DNA from: an uncultured Actinomycetes bacterium
GTDB lineage: Bacteria > Actinomycetota > Actinomycetes > Nanopelagicales > Nanopelagicaceae
Direction of reading: 5' to 3'
Assembly: GCA_903842675.1 (NCBI GenBank)
Contig: CAIMMQ010000017.1
Span: 4,442-68,441, forward strand
Length of the DNA stretch: 64,000 nt
Each line of letters opens with the position of its first letter. Within the stretch, counting starts at the first letter, position 1. Below, piece by piece: positions 29,715-40,393 of the stretch. A program made the position numbers and the translations under genes. The notes beneath the pieces were generated by a model. It saw nothing but the letters and a program-made list of their open reading frames with translations, ran no database searches and had not been told where the DNA came from.

Positions 29715-30137
29715 TTATTTTTTAGTTGCCCAGAAAATTTCGGAGATCTCATCGATCTTTGCAAGCAACTTATCTGCGACTGCTACATCATTTGATCCCT
29801 TGGTTCCGCCAGCTCCAGCAAGCTTGGTTGCTTCGTTAAAGAGCACGTGAAGTTGTGGGTATGCCTCAAAGTGAGGGGCCTTGAAGTAATCAGTCCAGAG
29901 AACCCATAGGTGGTGCTTTACTAATTCTGAACGCTCTTCCTTAACAGCGACTGCGCGAGATTTGAAATCTGCATCAGTTGAAGCAGCATATTTCTCCATA
30001 GCGGCTTTAACTGATTGTGCTTCAATTTTTGCCTGTGCTGGATCATAGATTCCGCATGGAAGATCGCAGTGCGCAAAGGCAATTGCATCTGGTGCAAAAA
30101 CATTGGTAAGGCTATTTGTTAAACTCTTAAACATCAT
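29715..30137 (-). CDS. sodN: Nickel superoxide dismutase precursor
   Basis: Ni-hook HCDLPCGIYDPA after a propeptide; LWVLWTDYFK; IFWATK. Confidence 0.97.
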   Translation of the reverse strand: MMFKSLTNSLTNVFAPDAIAFAHCDLPCGIYDPAQAKIEAQSVKAAMEKYAASTDADFKSRAVAVKEERSELVKHHLWVLWTDYFKAPHFEAYPQLHVLFNEATKLAGAGGTKGSNDVAVADKLLAKIDEISEIFWATKK

Positions 30138-30243
30138 TATTCTCGATTTCTACTAGGTTCTAAGCGGTTTACTAGTTTCTAATAGTACTTATTTCGACAA
30201 CTTAATTCATCTCGTATCCTTACTGTGAGAGAGTACTACTCCT

Positions 30244-30678
30244 ATGAAAAGCTCGCACTCTCACCCACGCCTCTCGTTTCTGCGAGTTGGGGCGATACGT
30301 GTTTCCGGAAGTTCTATGGCGCCTACCTATAACGATGGGGATTGGCTGCTCTTTAGAAATATTTCGATTCCCTCGATGCCCGCCATTCCCGCAATACCCT
30401 CGATGAAATCTAACGTTGCAGGCAAAGCTTCACGTTTAATTGGAAAAGTAATTTTGATACAACGCAATTCCGCTATCGGAAGTGATTTCGTACAAGTTAA
30501 GCGCGCGATCCGAATTGAAGCGCTCCCTGGTAAAAGCGAATTAGGAATTTGGGTCGAAGGCGATAACAAGATTCACTCAACAGACTCGCGAACCTGGGGG
30601 CCAATTACTTCAAGTGAAGTACGAGGAGTTCTTTTATTTCGTTATCGAAAAGGTGTTGCCCAACCCACCGGGCTTTAA
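30244..30678 (+). CDS. sodX: NiSOD maturation protease (S26-like)
   Basis: VSGSSMAPTY, VKR, WVEGDN...STDSRTWG; divergent from sodN. Confidence 0.88.
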   Translation: MKSSHSHPRLSFLRVGAIRVSGSSMAPTYNDGDWLLFRNISIPSMPAIPAIPSMKSNVAGKASRLIGKVILIQRNSAIGSDFVQVKRAIRIEALPGKSELGIWVEGDNKIHSTDSRTWGPITSSEVRGVLLFRYRKGVAQPTGL

Positions 30679-30698
30679 AACTAGCTTGTCCTGCTAAA

Positions 30699-33600
30699 TT
30701 ATCTAGAGAATGCTTCAAACATTAAAGCGTTCTGCTCTTCTTCATGCAGATGATGAGATCCAGTAGCTGGACTTGCAGTAGCGCGTCTTGAGACTCTACG
30801 TAGCGTGCGACCATTTAAAATTTCTTGCGTATTTAGCGCAACAAATGGCCATGGACCTTGGTTAGCCGGTTCATCTTGTACCCAAAGAAGGTTTGCTTGT
30901 GGATGCTTGGCAGCAACTGCAGCAAATTGCTCGGCAGGGAATGGATAAAGTTGTTCCACGCGAACAATGGCCGTTGATGTTTCATTTAATTTAGCGCGCT
31001 CGGCGATTAGATCGTAATAAACCTTGCCAGAGCAGTAAATAACTCGAGATGCGTTAACAACGCTCTCATCATCAATTACTGGCCTAAATGTTCCGCTTGT
31101 AAAATCTTTCATGCCTGATGCGGCAGCTTTAAGGCGCAACATTGATTTTGGTTCAAAGACAATAAGCGGACGACGGGCTGGATTCTTCATGTGCCAACGA
31201 AGTAGGTGGAAGTAGGAAGCAGGTGTTGAAGGTTGGGCCACAGTCATATTTAATTCAGCGCACAGTGCGAGATAACGTTCAATTCGCGCAGATGAGTGAT
31301 CTGGACCTTGGCCTTCATAGCCATGTGGCAACAGGAGAACTAGTGAAGAACGCTCGCCCCACTTTTGCAGCGCTGAAGATATGAATTCATCAATAATTGT
31401 TTGGGCGCCATTTGCGAAGTCTCCGAACTGGCCTTCCCACATTACAAGGGCATCTGCCCGCTCGGTTGAATAGCCATATTCAAAGCCCATGGCTGCATAT
31501 TCAGAAAGTAGGGAATCGACAACGAAGAATTGGTTTTCATCAGAGATAAGTTCGCGAAGTGGTGTCCAAGTTGCGCCAGTGTTCTGATCAACAACTACTG
31601 CATGGCGATTGCTAAAGGTACCACGGCGGACATCTTGACCGGCAAGGCGAATTGGATGGCCTTCAAGTAACAACGAGCCCATTGCAAGTGATTCACCAGC
31701 GGCCCAATCGACGCTGCCTTCATCTAACATCTCAACGCGTTTTGCTAATTGCGGGACTAATTTCGGATGAATTGTGAAACCTGCTGGCGTTGCAATTTGG
31801 GTGGCAACAATCTTGCGCAACGTTGCTTCATCAAGTGATGTGTTAACGCTCTCTGGTGCTGGTGCCACTGGTACTGGCATCTTATTTGAAGTATCAGGTT
31901 CCACGTTATGAACCGCATTGAATGTTGATTCAAGTTGTGTTTGATAATCGCGCAGAACTTCTTCAGCTTCTTCAATTGTAATGTCACCGCGACCGATTAG
32001 CGCTTCGGTATAAAGCTTTCTAGTAGAACGCTTCGCCTCAATTAATTTATACATTAGTGGCTGTGTAAAACTTGGTTCATCGCCCTCGTTGTGGCCACGG
32101 CGACGGTAGCAAACCATGTCAATTACGACATCTTTGTTAAATGCTTGGCGATATTCAAAGGCGAGGTGGGCAACGCGTGCCACGCTCTCTGGGTCATCTC
32201 CGTTAACGTGGAAGACCGGAGCTTGAATCATCTTGGCAACATCGGTTGAGTAAGTTGAGGAACGAGCAGCGTTTGGCGAAGTTGTAAATCCAACTTGGTT
32301 ATTCACAATGATGTGAATTGTTCCACCGGTGCGATAGCCCTGGAGTTGTGAGAGGTTTAGCGTTTCAGCGACTACGCCCTGTCCAGCAAATGCAGCATCA
32401 CCGTGCATCAAGATTGGTAGTACGGTGTAAATCTCTTTGATATTTAACTTATCTTGCTTGGCGCGGGCAATACCTTCAAGAACTGGGTTAACTGCTTCTA
32501 GGTGTGAAGGGTTTGCAGCTAGATAAATCTTTGTTGTGGCACCAGATTCGGCCGTGAAGACGCTAGAAGTTCCGAGGTGATACTTCACATCGCCAGAGCC
32601 TTGCACTTGGTTCTCGGTGTAGTGGCCTTCAAATTCTTGGAAGATCTGTCCTTGGGATTTACCAGCAATATTTGCCAGAACGTTTAAGCGGCCGCGGTGT
32701 GGCATACCAATACAAACTTCTTCGAGTGAACTATCGGCAGCAGCCGAGATAATCACATCTAGCAATGGAATTACTGATTCTCCGCCCTCAAGTGAGAAGC
32801 GCTTTTGCCCCACATATTTAGTTTGGAGAAATGCTTCGAAGGCTTCGGCGCTATTTAATTTGCGCAAGATGCGAAGTTGTTCTTCGCGTGGAGTTCTAGG
32901 TGCACCGACTTCTACGTGTTGTTGAATCCATTCACGCTCTGCTGGATTCTCGATATACATATATTCAACGCCAATTGTTCGACAGTATGAGTCGCGCAGA
33001 ATTCCTAGAATCTTGCGAAGTTTCATTACTGGCTTTCCACCAAAACCGCCGGTTGGGAATTCGCGATCAAGATCCCAAAGCGTTAAACCGTGTGTTGCAA
33101 CATCTAAATCTGGGTGGCTGCGTTGGTGATATTCGAGTGGATCAATATCTGCCATTAAGTGACCAGTGGTGCGATAAGCGTGGATTAGTTCCTTAATGCT
33201 CTCGCTCTTACCAACCTGCGCGTTGCTTGGTGATTGAACATCAACCATCCAACGAATTGGAACGTAAGGAATGCGAAGCGCTGCGAAGATCTCGTCGTAG
33301 AAACCACCTTCACCAAGCAAAATTTCATGAATGCGGCGCAGGAAGTCGCCAGATTGTGCGCCTTGAATAATGCGATGGTCATAAGTGCTGGTAAGAGTTA
33401 TGACTTTACTTATTGCAAGGTTTGCCAATGTTTCTTTATTTGCGCCATGGAATTCAGCTGGGTAATCCATTGCGCCAACGCCGAGAATTAAGCCCTGGCC
33501 TTGAACCAATCTTGGAACCGAGTGAACGGTGCCGATTGTTCCGGGGTTTGTCAGTGAAACAGTTGTGCCAGCGAAATCTTCAACGGTTAATGTGCCGCCT

Positions 33601-34505
33601 CGTGCCTTGCGAACCGTGTCTTCATATGAAGCCCAAAATTGTGCGAAATCTAATTCTTCACAGCCCTTGATGGATGGGACAAGCAGTTGCCGTGAGCCAT
33701 CGGGCTTTGCTAAATCAATCGCAATTCCTAAATTGATATGTTCTGGTTTTCCAATTGCTGGCTTGCCATCAATCTCGCCATAAAAAGCATTCATCTCTGG
33801 CATCTGGCGCATCGCTTTTATCATTGCGTAACCGATGATGTGGGTAAAGGAAACCTTTCCACCACGGCCACGCTTAAGATTATTGTTAATTACAGTTCGG
33901 TTATCGATCATCAATTTTGCTGGAATTGCTCGCACACTTGTTGCAGTTGGTACTGATAACGAAGCTTCCATGCTTTGAACAACGCGAGCGCTAACTCCGC
34001 GAATTGGTTCGAGAGTTGCCGCGCCAGGAGTAACAAGTGTTGGAATCGGCTTAACGACTGGGTCTGCTGGCGTTGGTGTTGGTTTCGTAATTTGGGTATT
34101 AGCAGCAACAGGTGCAGCAGCAACAGGTGCAGAAGCAACAGGTGCAGCAGCAACAGGTGCAGAAGCAACAGGTGCAGCAGCAACAGGTGGTACGACTGGC
34201 GCAGGAGCAGCAACTTGAGTTGGCGCAGCAGGAGCCGAAATATTTGCGCTAGTTGCACTTGTTGAATTGGCTGCTGATTTTGGAATTGGTGGTGTGCCAC
34301 CCTTTGGTGCGCTACTTAATGGCGGAATATTATTTGTTGGCGCAGAACCAGCTGGTGTGTAATCAGCAAAGAATTCCCACCAGGATTTATCAACTGAACT
34401 GGGATCTTTTTGGAAGCGCTCATACATCTCATCGACGAGCCACTCGTTTGGACCAAATGATCCGCCGAAGTGATTCGCTGGTGTATTAGCTCCCGTAGCT
34501 GACAC
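30699..34505 (-). CDS. kgd: Multifunctional 2-oxoglutarate decarboxylase/dehydrogenase (E2-E1 fusion)
   Basis: [55 protein letters not shown]. Confidence 0.96.
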   Translation of the reverse strand: MSATGANTPANHFGGSFGPNEWLVDEMYERFQKDPSSVDKSWWEFFADYTPAGSAPTNNIPPLSSAPKGGTPPIPKSAANSTSATSANISAPAAPTQVAAPAPVVPPVAAAPVASAPVAAAPVASAPVAAAPVAANTQITKPTPTPADPVVKPIPTLVTPGAATLEPIRGVSARVVQSMEASLSVPTATSVRAIPAKLMIDNRTVINNNLKRGRGGKVSFTHIIGYAMIKAMRQMPEMNAFYGEIDGKPAIGKPEHINLGIAIDLAKPDGSRQLLVPSIKGCEELDFAQFWASYEDTVRKARGGTLTVEDFAGTTVSLTNPGTIGTVHSVPRLVQGQGLILGVGAMDYPAEFHGANKETLANLAISKVITLTSTYDHRIIQGAQSGDFLRRIHEILLGEGGFYDEIFAALRIPYVPIRWMVDVQSPSNAQVGKSESIKELIHAYRTTGHLMADIDPLEYHQRSHPDLDVATHGLTLWDLDREFPTGGFGGKPVMKLRKILGILRDSYCRTIGVEYMYIENPAEREWIQQHVEVGAPRTPREEQLRILRKLNSAEAFEAFLQTKYVGQKRFSLEGGESVIPLLDVIISAAADSSLEEVCIGMPHRGRLNVLANIAGKSQGQIFQEFEGHYTENQVQGSGDVKYHLGTSSVFTAESGATTKIYLAANPSHLEAVNPVLEGIARAKQDKLNIKEIYTVLPILMHGDAAFAGQGVVAETLNLSQLQGYRTGGTIHIIVNNQVGFTTSPNAARSSTYSTDVAKMIQAPVFHVNGDDPESVARVAHLAFEYRQAFNKDVVIDMVCYRRRGHNEGDEPSFTQPLMYKLIEAKRSTRKLYTEALIGRGDITIEEAEEVLRDYQTQLESTFNAVHNVEPDTSNKMPVPVAPAPESVNTSLDEATLRKIVATQIATPAGFTIHPKLVPQLAKRVEMLDEGSVDWAAGESLAMGSLLLEGHPIRLAGQDVRRGTFSNRHAVVVDQNTGATWTPLRELISDENQFFVVDSLLSEYAAMGFEYGYSTERADALVMWEGQFGDFANGAQTIIDEFISSALQKWGERSSLVLLLPHGYEGQGPDHSSARIERYLALCAELNMTVAQPSTPASYFHLLRWHMKNPARRPLIVFEPKSMLRLKAAASGMKDFTSGTFRPVIDDESVVNASRVIYCSGKVYYDLIAERAKLNETSTAIVRVEQLYPFPAEQFAAVAAKHPQANLLWVQDEPANQGPWPFVALNTQEILNGRTLRRVSRRATASPATGSHHLHEEEQNALMFEAFSR
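34101..34189. repeat. 15-bp coding tandem repeat ([10 protein letters not shown] linker in Kgd)
   Basis: (GCAG[C/A]AGCAACAGGT)n, about 6 copies. Confidence 0.9.
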
Positions 34506-34701
34506 TTGCGATGCTCCTAATTCCTAGAAACGATCAATACTGTTGCCCATTCTGTTGCAACGATTACGACCTAAGTCTAATAGGGCTTGCGAGCCTGGAC
34601 TATTCCCATATGCGAGTGGATTATGTGATGCGGAGCGCAATATTCGTTGGATATTCGTTGGAACTACCCAGATGCTCTCCAAGACCGAGCCGCTAGCTCA
34701 A

Positions 34702-35106
34702 CTATTCGCGATATCCAAAGAGCGCTGCCATAAAAGTAACCAAAGCGAGGATCGCAAGGGGAATTCCCACAACTAATAATTTTCCGGTGATCATGAAATA
34801 GGAGACTCCGAGGGCAATTAAGTTAGCGAGAACCGCTGGCGCTCGCCCGCGCGCACTTGCCTTGGCAAACTCACGTGCACAAATAAATAGCCCAACCGAT
34901 CCAAGTAGCCCAAAAATCATTTCACCGATTAAAGCACCTGGTGCCGAAACCGTGGAAGTCAGCGCAGCAATACCAAGATAAAGAACAAGCCCAAAGAGAA
35001 CGAGAGATTCCAGTCTGAGAAGCCAAATCGCGGCATTGCGGATTTGCTCAAAGCGGGATTGGTTCTTCAAGATTAAACCTCCAATAGCGCATTGCTGGTG
35101 ATTCAC
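34702..35106 (-). CDS. Four-TM hypothetical membrane protein
   Basis: Hydrophobic ORF with ARGRAPAVLANLIALGV, resembling a conserved actinobacterial membrane family; start uncertain. Confidence 0.65.
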   Translation of the reverse strand: MNHQQCAIGGLILKNQSRFEQIRNAAIWLLRLESLVLFGLVLYLGIAALTSTVSAPGALIGEMIFGLLGSVGLFICAREFAKASARGRAPAVLANLIALGVSYFMITGKLLVVGIPLAILALVTFMAALFGYRE

Positions 35107-35264
35107 TTTTAATAGTGCACCGAGAATACTTTACTTCGGTTGAAAACCTAAGTCCCCATCACGCTCAAAAGAGTTTTGCGCTTTGATTTTCAAATTACTC
35201 CGGTGAAACAATCCTTGAGAGGTAGCCTCTATTTAAGGCAAGACAAAAGGAATAACCTGCAAAG

Positions 35265-35861
35265 GTGCCTAACTTTGACGAAGTTAACAGTTCCAGCAAA
35301 CTACAAGTGAACCATTTTATTGAGCCAAGAAATTGGAGTGATTCGGCTAAAGCTGGTCTTGAGTTTGCAAATAACGGAATTTCAGATTCGCTTACCGGTT
35401 CAAATGCGCCATCAGTTTTTATCCAAAACTTACGCCGAGCAGTAAGTATTGCAAACCGGAAACCAGAACCACTAACAATCGTGACAATTAAATTTTGTGA
35501 ACCAGTAGCAACCAAAAAGCCTCGAACAGTTCCTGGGAAAATTGTTGCCGAGACCCAGTTATTAAATATCCGGAGCGAGATGGAACGCGAGTTATTAGCT
35601 GGCGCCAGAGCTATCTCCAAATCACTTCGAGGTGGTGATTTTTTTAGTCGAATGGCAGTGGCGGGCTTTTGGATCTGCTTGCATAGCGATTTGGCCAGCG
35701 CAGAGATTGCAGCGCGGCGATTTATGGCCGAAGTACAAGTAGAAATTCCGAACCAAATTTTGACCTTAGAAGTACAGCTATTTTCTAGGCCGGAACTAAC
35801 AACTATGGGAAGTTGGGTTAGTGAAGTTGATGAAGGTTACTTTAAAAAGCCAACGAAATAA
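35265..35861 (+). CDS. Degenerate GGDEF-domain protein (A-site lost, RxxD I-site kept)
   Basis: DSLTG..FIQNLRRAV..PLTIVTI..LRGGDFFSRMAVAGFWICL..AEIAARRF aligns to the GGDEF fold by eye. Confidence 0.7.
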   Translation: MPNFDEVNSSSKLQVNHFIEPRNWSDSAKAGLEFANNGISDSLTGSNAPSVFIQNLRRAVSIANRKPEPLTIVTIKFCEPVATKKPRTVPGKIVAETQLLNIRSEMERELLAGARAISKSLRGGDFFSRMAVAGFWICLHSDLASAEIAARRFMAEVQVEIPNQILTLEVQLFSRPELTTMGSWVSEVDEGYFKKPTK

Positions 35862-35926
35862 CTCTATGTGTTTTTTAGTGCTTCCAAACTCGAACTTAGT
35901 GGATAAGCAAAACCCAATTTAGTAAC

Positions 35927-37018
35927 TTGAGGTTTGATCAGCACGTGGAAAAAGTTGAAGTTAATGCGCGCACTATTGAATCTTCCGGCCCGGATCAAAC
36001 CCCTTCGGTTTTTGGAAAACTTCAGCATCTGATGGATGACCCAGCGATAGAAGAAGTTTGGGTTAACTCACCAAATCGGATATTTGTCGCCAAAAGCGGC
36101 GTAAGTGAATTAACAAACACGACGCTTTCTGCTGATGAAGTACGAAATATCGTAGAGAGGTTGCTGATGTGGGGTGGACGCAGACTAGATCTATCCCACC
36201 CATTCGTGGATGCCAGGCTTCCAGATGGCAGTCGGTTGCACGTGGCGATACCGGAAATAACTGCACAGCATTGGGCAGTAAACATTAGAAAGCACTTGGT
36301 CCGTGGCAAGTCACTTACACAACTAGCTTCACTAAATGTTATGTCAATCGAAATTTCAAAGTACCTAACTCGCTGTGTGGAAAGCGGAATGAATATTTTG
36401 GTGAGCGGATCGACGCAAGCCGGGAAAACAACGCTTTTAAATGCGCTTGTAAGCGCAGTTCCACTCAAGAGTAGAGTCATAACAATCGAAGAAGTCTTTG
36501 AATTAAAGCCAAAATTACCGGACTGGGTTGCGATGCAAACTCGGCCCGCAAATTTGCAAGGCGATGGTGAAATTCCACTTCGCCGCTTAATAAAGGAAGC
36601 GCTCCGGATGCGCCCATCTCAAATAATTGTTGGCGAAATTCGAGAAGCGGAATCTCTGGATTTACTTATAGCCCTCAACTCGGGTCTGCCTGGAATGGCA
36701 ACCATCCACGCAAACTCAGCACGGGATGCAATTGCAAAACTACAAACTCTTCCGTTGCTCGCTGGCGAAAATATCTCCCACAGGTTTATCACACCAGTTG
36801 TTGCAGCCGCAATTGATTTGGTTGTCCATGTTTCGATTGCAAGTGATGGTGTGCGCAGGATTCTTGAGATCGCACATGTAACTGGTCGGATTGAAGCAGA
36901 ACGGATTGAACTAGAGATGCTATATAGGTTTATCGGCGCAGAAAATTCAGAAAGTAGTAATCATTACGAAAAGGGCCTGATCGATCCCGAACTACTTTTT
37001 ACTTCTCGAGTTCGCTAG
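35927..37018 (+). CDS. tadA: Tad pilus assembly ATPase TadA/CpaF (start uncertain)
   Basis: DDPAIEEVWVN, PFVDARLPDGSRLH, SGSTQAGKTTLLN, TIEEVFEL, LRMRPSQIIVGEIR, TIHANS. Confidence 0.92.
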   Translation: MRFDQHVEKVEVNARTIESSGPDQTPSVFGKLQHLMDDPAIEEVWVNSPNRIFVAKSGVSELTNTTLSADEVRNIVERLLMWGGRRLDLSHPFVDARLPDGSRLHVAIPEITAQHWAVNIRKHLVRGKSLTQLASLNVMSIEISKYLTRCVESGMNILVSGSTQAGKTTLLNALVSAVPLKSRVITIEEVFELKPKLPDWVAMQTRPANLQGDGEIPLRRLIKEALRMRPSQIIVGEIREAESLDLLIALNSGLPGMATIHANSARDAIAKLQTLPLLAGENISHRFITPVVAAAIDLVVHVSIASDGVRRILEIAHVTGRIEAERIELEMLYRFIGAENSESSNHYEKGLIDPELLFTSRVR

Positions 37019-37022
37019 CATT

Positions 37023-37730
37023 ATGAAAACAAAAATTAGCATCTATATCGCCGCCTTTTTTGTGGGGCTATTTGTTGCGACGATTATTACCGGATCAATC
37101 TCTATCGGAATACCCGTTGGAATAGTTTGCGTTGGCATTCCAGTGGCACTTCTTGCTCGAAAGGCAGAAGCAAGAAAATTGGAATTACAAAGCCTTTGGC
37201 CGGAAATTTTAGATAACCTGATTTCTGGTTTACATTCTGGGCTAGCACTCGCAGAAACCATCGCAAACTTGGGTAAGCGCGGCCCGGATCGCACGAAATC
37301 AATTTTTACATTATTTGCGCTGCGCCTTCGCGATGGTGCCACTTTTAGTTCGGCACTTGAAATAATTAGGGAAAGTTTCAATGAGAGTACAGCCGATCAA
37401 GTTTGTGAGGTCTTAGACTTTGCGAGGAGCTCGGGTGGGCGAGATACCGCACTCACACTTCGAACGCTCTCAAATTTTATCCGCGCCGATATTGCTCTTA
37501 GGAATGAAATAACTGCGAAACATAGTTGGGTAAAGAATTCAGCAGCTTTAGCCGCAGTAGCGCCTTGGGTCCTATTGCTTCTACTTGCCTCGCAGCCGAA
37601 CACTGTCTCTGCATATTCAAGTGGCTCGGGATTAACTGTTTTATTAGCTGGCGCTGGGCTAACGCTGGTGGCCTATTTTTGGATGAATAAAGTAGGAACT
37701 CTCAAAACTGTTCCAAGGGTCTTCAAATGA
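37023..37730 (+). CDS. tadB: Tad inner-membrane platform protein TadB (T2SS F family)
   Basis: WPEILDNLISGLHSGLAL, three TM regions, follows tadA. Confidence 0.82.
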   Translation: MKTKISIYIAAFFVGLFVATIITGSISIGIPVGIVCVGIPVALLARKAEARKLELQSLWPEILDNLISGLHSGLALAETIANLGKRGPDRTKSIFTLFALRLRDGATFSSALEIIRESFNESTADQVCEVLDFARSSGGRDTALTLRTLSNFIRADIALRNEITAKHSWVKNSAALAAVAPWVLLLLLASQPNTVSAYSSGSGLTVLLAGAGLTLVAYFWMNKVGTLKTVPRVFK

Positions 37731-38506
37731 CTCCTTTCTCGCTCTCCCTCCTCTTTCTATCACCATTAATTTCCGTTGCCGTATACATTTTGGTTCAAGA
37801 AACTCAGAATCCATTAAGAGGATTTCATGAAGCGTTTCGGCGCGATCAATTGCACAAGGGACCAGCACAGGCTATTTCTTCGCAAATGAAGTTGAGCGCA
37901 GTGCGCCGGAAGCGAGTATTAATAGCCTCGACTTTTTTTGGAGCGCTGCTTGTAATTATTGGGGCAAGATTTTCAACGATTTTCGTCTTAGCGATCCTTG
38001 TGGGCAGTTATCTATTTTGGGAGAAAGAAGATTTAAGCAGAATCGAAAAGCGTCGAATAGTGCAAATTGATAATGAGTTCCCATCCCTTATTGAACTTTT
38101 CACAGTCTTGGTCTCCGCTGGCGAGAGCCCATCAACTTCTTTCGAACGGCTTGCTGCAAGAGCCCAAGGCGAGTTGGCAAAAGATTTTCAAAAAGTAGTA
38201 ATCGGATTGCAATCTGGTTTGAATTTATCGCAAAGTTTAGAAATTATGGGAGCCGGTACAAAATCCAGCATCATAAGGAGATTTTGCGACACGCTAATTT
38301 TGGCGATCGAACGCGGTTCACCGCTTTCTGAAGTGCTTGTGCGACAAGTCGAGGAAGTTCGCCAGCAGCATCATGCTGCGCTTCTCACCGCAGCTGGACG
38401 CGCGGAGATTGCGTTGATGGTTCCAGTCATCTTTCTAATTCTTCCTATCTCTGTCCTGTTCGCACTTTGGCCCTCTTACCTATCGCTGGGACAAAGCATT
38501 GGATAA
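37727..38506 (+). CDS. tadC: Tad inner-membrane platform protein TadC
   Basis: EFPSLIELFTVLVSAGES, AIERGSPLSEVL, AGRAEIALMVPVIFLILP. Confidence 0.85.
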   Translation: MTPFSLSLLFLSPLISVAVYILVQETQNPLRGFHEAFRRDQLHKGPAQAISSQMKLSAVRRKRVLIASTFFGALLVIIGARFSTIFVLAILVGSYLFWEKEDLSRIEKRRIVQIDNEFPSLIELFTVLVSAGESPSTSFERLAARAQGELAKDFQKVVIGLQSGLNLSQSLEIMGAGTKSSIIRRFCDTLILAIERGSPLSEVLVRQVEEVRQQHHAALLTAAGRAEIALMVPVIFLILPISVLFALWPSYLSLGQSIG

Positions 38507-38625
38507 ATCTAGAGTTATTAACAGTCGGAAGTTATTAACACGACGTTGATCTGGATTTAGATTGAAGTTCGAAAAATAGAAGGATCTAGGCAAGATCTTT
38601 TCATACGTCCGCAAAAGGAGAAAAA

Positions 38626-38910
38626 ATGTTCAAAAAGCCGGTTTCCAACCTTAAGTTCAGTTTGCTTTTTTACTCTCTTATTCATCGAAATTTAATTAGA
38701 AGCAAGATTGTCAAGAAGATTAACGAAGCTTGGAGCGCGCGGGCGCAGCGTTTCGCCGAGTTGGCATACGGAGAAAAAGGTGACGTGCCCGGTTGGGTCC
38801 TGGTTGTTCTCATGACAACGGGACTAGTTACTGGTATTTGGACCGTTGCCCAACCACGCCTAAGTTCAATTCTTCGAAATTCGCTCGACAATATGAATTC
38901 TATTCGGTGA
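38626..38910 (+). CDS. flp: Flp-like major pilin (actinobacterial GDVPGW type)
   Basis: Basic leader, EKG|DVPGWVLVVLMTTGLV hydrophobic helix, strong AAGGAG RBS, located inside the tad locus. Confidence 0.7.
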   Translation: MFKKPVSNLKFSLLFYSLIHRNLIRSKIVKKINEAWSARAQRFAELAYGEKGDVPGWVLVVLMTTGLVTGIWTVAQPRLSSILRNSLDNMNSIR

Positions 38911-39359
38911 TGGATTTTTCTCATCGTCCTGTCAGAACTAATTTGTTAGGCAAGAATAGTTTCAATTCGGTGATGGTTAATTATCGCTGGTTCAAGAAAT
39001 TTCTTTGGCTGCGCCGAAATGAATCTGGGAATGTTGAGAGCGCGCTTGTCTTGATTCCGCTCATGATTCTTTTTCTGAGCGTTCTGCAGATAGCAGCATC
39101 TGTAATGGGACGAACAATTGGCGGGGATTTTGCACAAAGTCAGATTTCACGAACCGGGCTATACACCGATGGCCAGTTCTTAGCACCGCTTAACCCACCG
39201 ACTTCGCTAATGGGTTCAAAAAGTTCTCGAGTTCAACTACCAGGCGGTGGAGCAGTATTAACACTCTCGCAAACCCACAAAATACCACTACTGACGCCAC
39301 TGCTAGCATCGAATGACAAATTCAATGCAACCGGAATTGTTATTGATGAAAATTCCTAG
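38910..39359 (+). CDS. tadE: TadE-like minor pilin
   Basis: NESG|NVESALVLIPLMILFL prepilin-like motif; start overlaps the flp stop. Confidence 0.65.
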   Translation: MDFSHRPVRTNLLGKNSFNSVMVNYRWFKKFLWLRRNESGNVESALVLIPLMILFLSVLQIAASVMGRTIGGDFAQSQISRTGLYTDGQFLAPLNPPTSLMGSKSSRVQLPGGGAVLTLSQTHKIPLLTPLLASNDKFNATGIVIDENS

Positions 39360-39813
39360 CTTCACAAGTAAGAGAAATATTATTTATAGTCACCTTTTTC
39401 GTAAGAGCAATTTAGTAGAGAATGAAGAGGGAAGCGCGATAGTTGAATTTGTCATACTTGCACTTCCTCTCTTTATTCCACTTGCTATCTACTTGACGAC
39501 CGTGAGCCAAACTTCACAAATTCAATTTGACGCGAGAAATTATGCGAGGCAAGTTGCAAGAGTTTATGTAACTAGCCCTTCTCAGAATTTAGTTGCTGAT
39601 CGAATTTCTGTTGTTACCCAAACTTTTGCAGATAGCATTTTTCTCAAGGATAAAATAGCCATTCCGCCCGCTATAAATATCTGGTGTTCACGAACGCCTT
39701 GCTTGACACCAGGTGGAAAAATTCAAGTTTCAGTGCGTATTGATTCACTTGATTCGAAGAGGGCGGCTTCCGCTAGCGTGATAGAAAGTGTTGATGCGTG
39801 GCGAAGCAGTTGA
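39346..39813 (+). CDS. TadE/TadF-like minor pilin
   Basis: EEG|SAIVEFVILALPLF (Gly -1, Glu +5), ARQVAR. Confidence 0.75.
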   Translation: MKIPSFTSKRNIIYSHLFRKSNLVENEEGSAIVEFVILALPLFIPLAIYLTTVSQTSQIQFDARNYARQVARVYVTSPSQNLVADRISVVTQTFADSIFLKDKIAIPPAINIWCSRTPCLTPGGKIQVSVRIDSLDSKRAASASVIESVDAWRSS

Positions 39814-39833
39814 TGCGTGGCGAAGCAGTTGAT
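39790..39833. repeat. 19-bp tandem repeat (GTTGATGCGTGGCGAAGCA) x2.3 spanning the minor-pilin stop codon
   Basis: Directly visible. Confidence 0.9.
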
Positions 39834-39870
39834 ATGCGATCAAGAAGTTATTGGGTGGAAAGGAATTAAT

Positions 39871-40374
39871 ATGCGCAGCAAAGTAATTGAAGTAAAACGA
39901 AGCCTTCAGGAGTCAATCTGGAAATTTTTCAACTTTGATTCGGAAAATGGCTCACTCTCCGTATTAATATCTGGACTTTTTCTCCTGGTCCTAACGCTTT
40001 CAATTGGTATTCTCGATATTTCTGATACATATTTGGCTAAGCGTGAATTAATTCAGATTGGTGAGGCAGCTTTAGGCCCTGCGGCTCATGCCATCGATTT
40101 GGCTCGGTATTATCAAGAGGGCGCGCTTAGCAGCGGACGCAGAGTTCCGTTAGATTGCACTGCTGCAAGGACAATCATTCAAAACGAAATTATGCAAAGA
40201 ACTCTTAGGGATGCAGTAATCGATATCTCTAGCTGGCGATGTGAATCTGATCAGATGTCGGTAACCCTGCACTCATCAGTCTTGCCACTTGTAAATTTTC
40301 CATTGCTCTCCCAGATCACCGGACCGAGAATAAGCGTTGTTGCCACTGTCGGCGCCGGTTCCATCGTTAAATGA
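39871..40374 (+). CDS. TadG-like pilus protein
   Basis: ENG|[35 protein letters not shown], similar to the TadG N-terminal motif. Confidence 0.68.
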   Translation: MRSKVIEVKRSLQESIWKFFNFDSENGSLSVLISGLFLLVLTLSIGILDISDTYLAKRELIQIGEAALGPAAHAIDLARYYQEGALSSGRRVPLDCTAARTIIQNEIMQRTLRDAVIDISSWRCESDQMSVTLHSSVLPLVNFPLLSQITGPRISVVATVGAGSIVK

Positions 40375-40393
40375 TTGCCATTACCCTTATCCC

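Noticed and set aside
35885-35910. LexA SOS box upstream of tadA
   Set aside because: Only a TCGAAC half-site, with no GTTCGA partner at 4-bp spacing.
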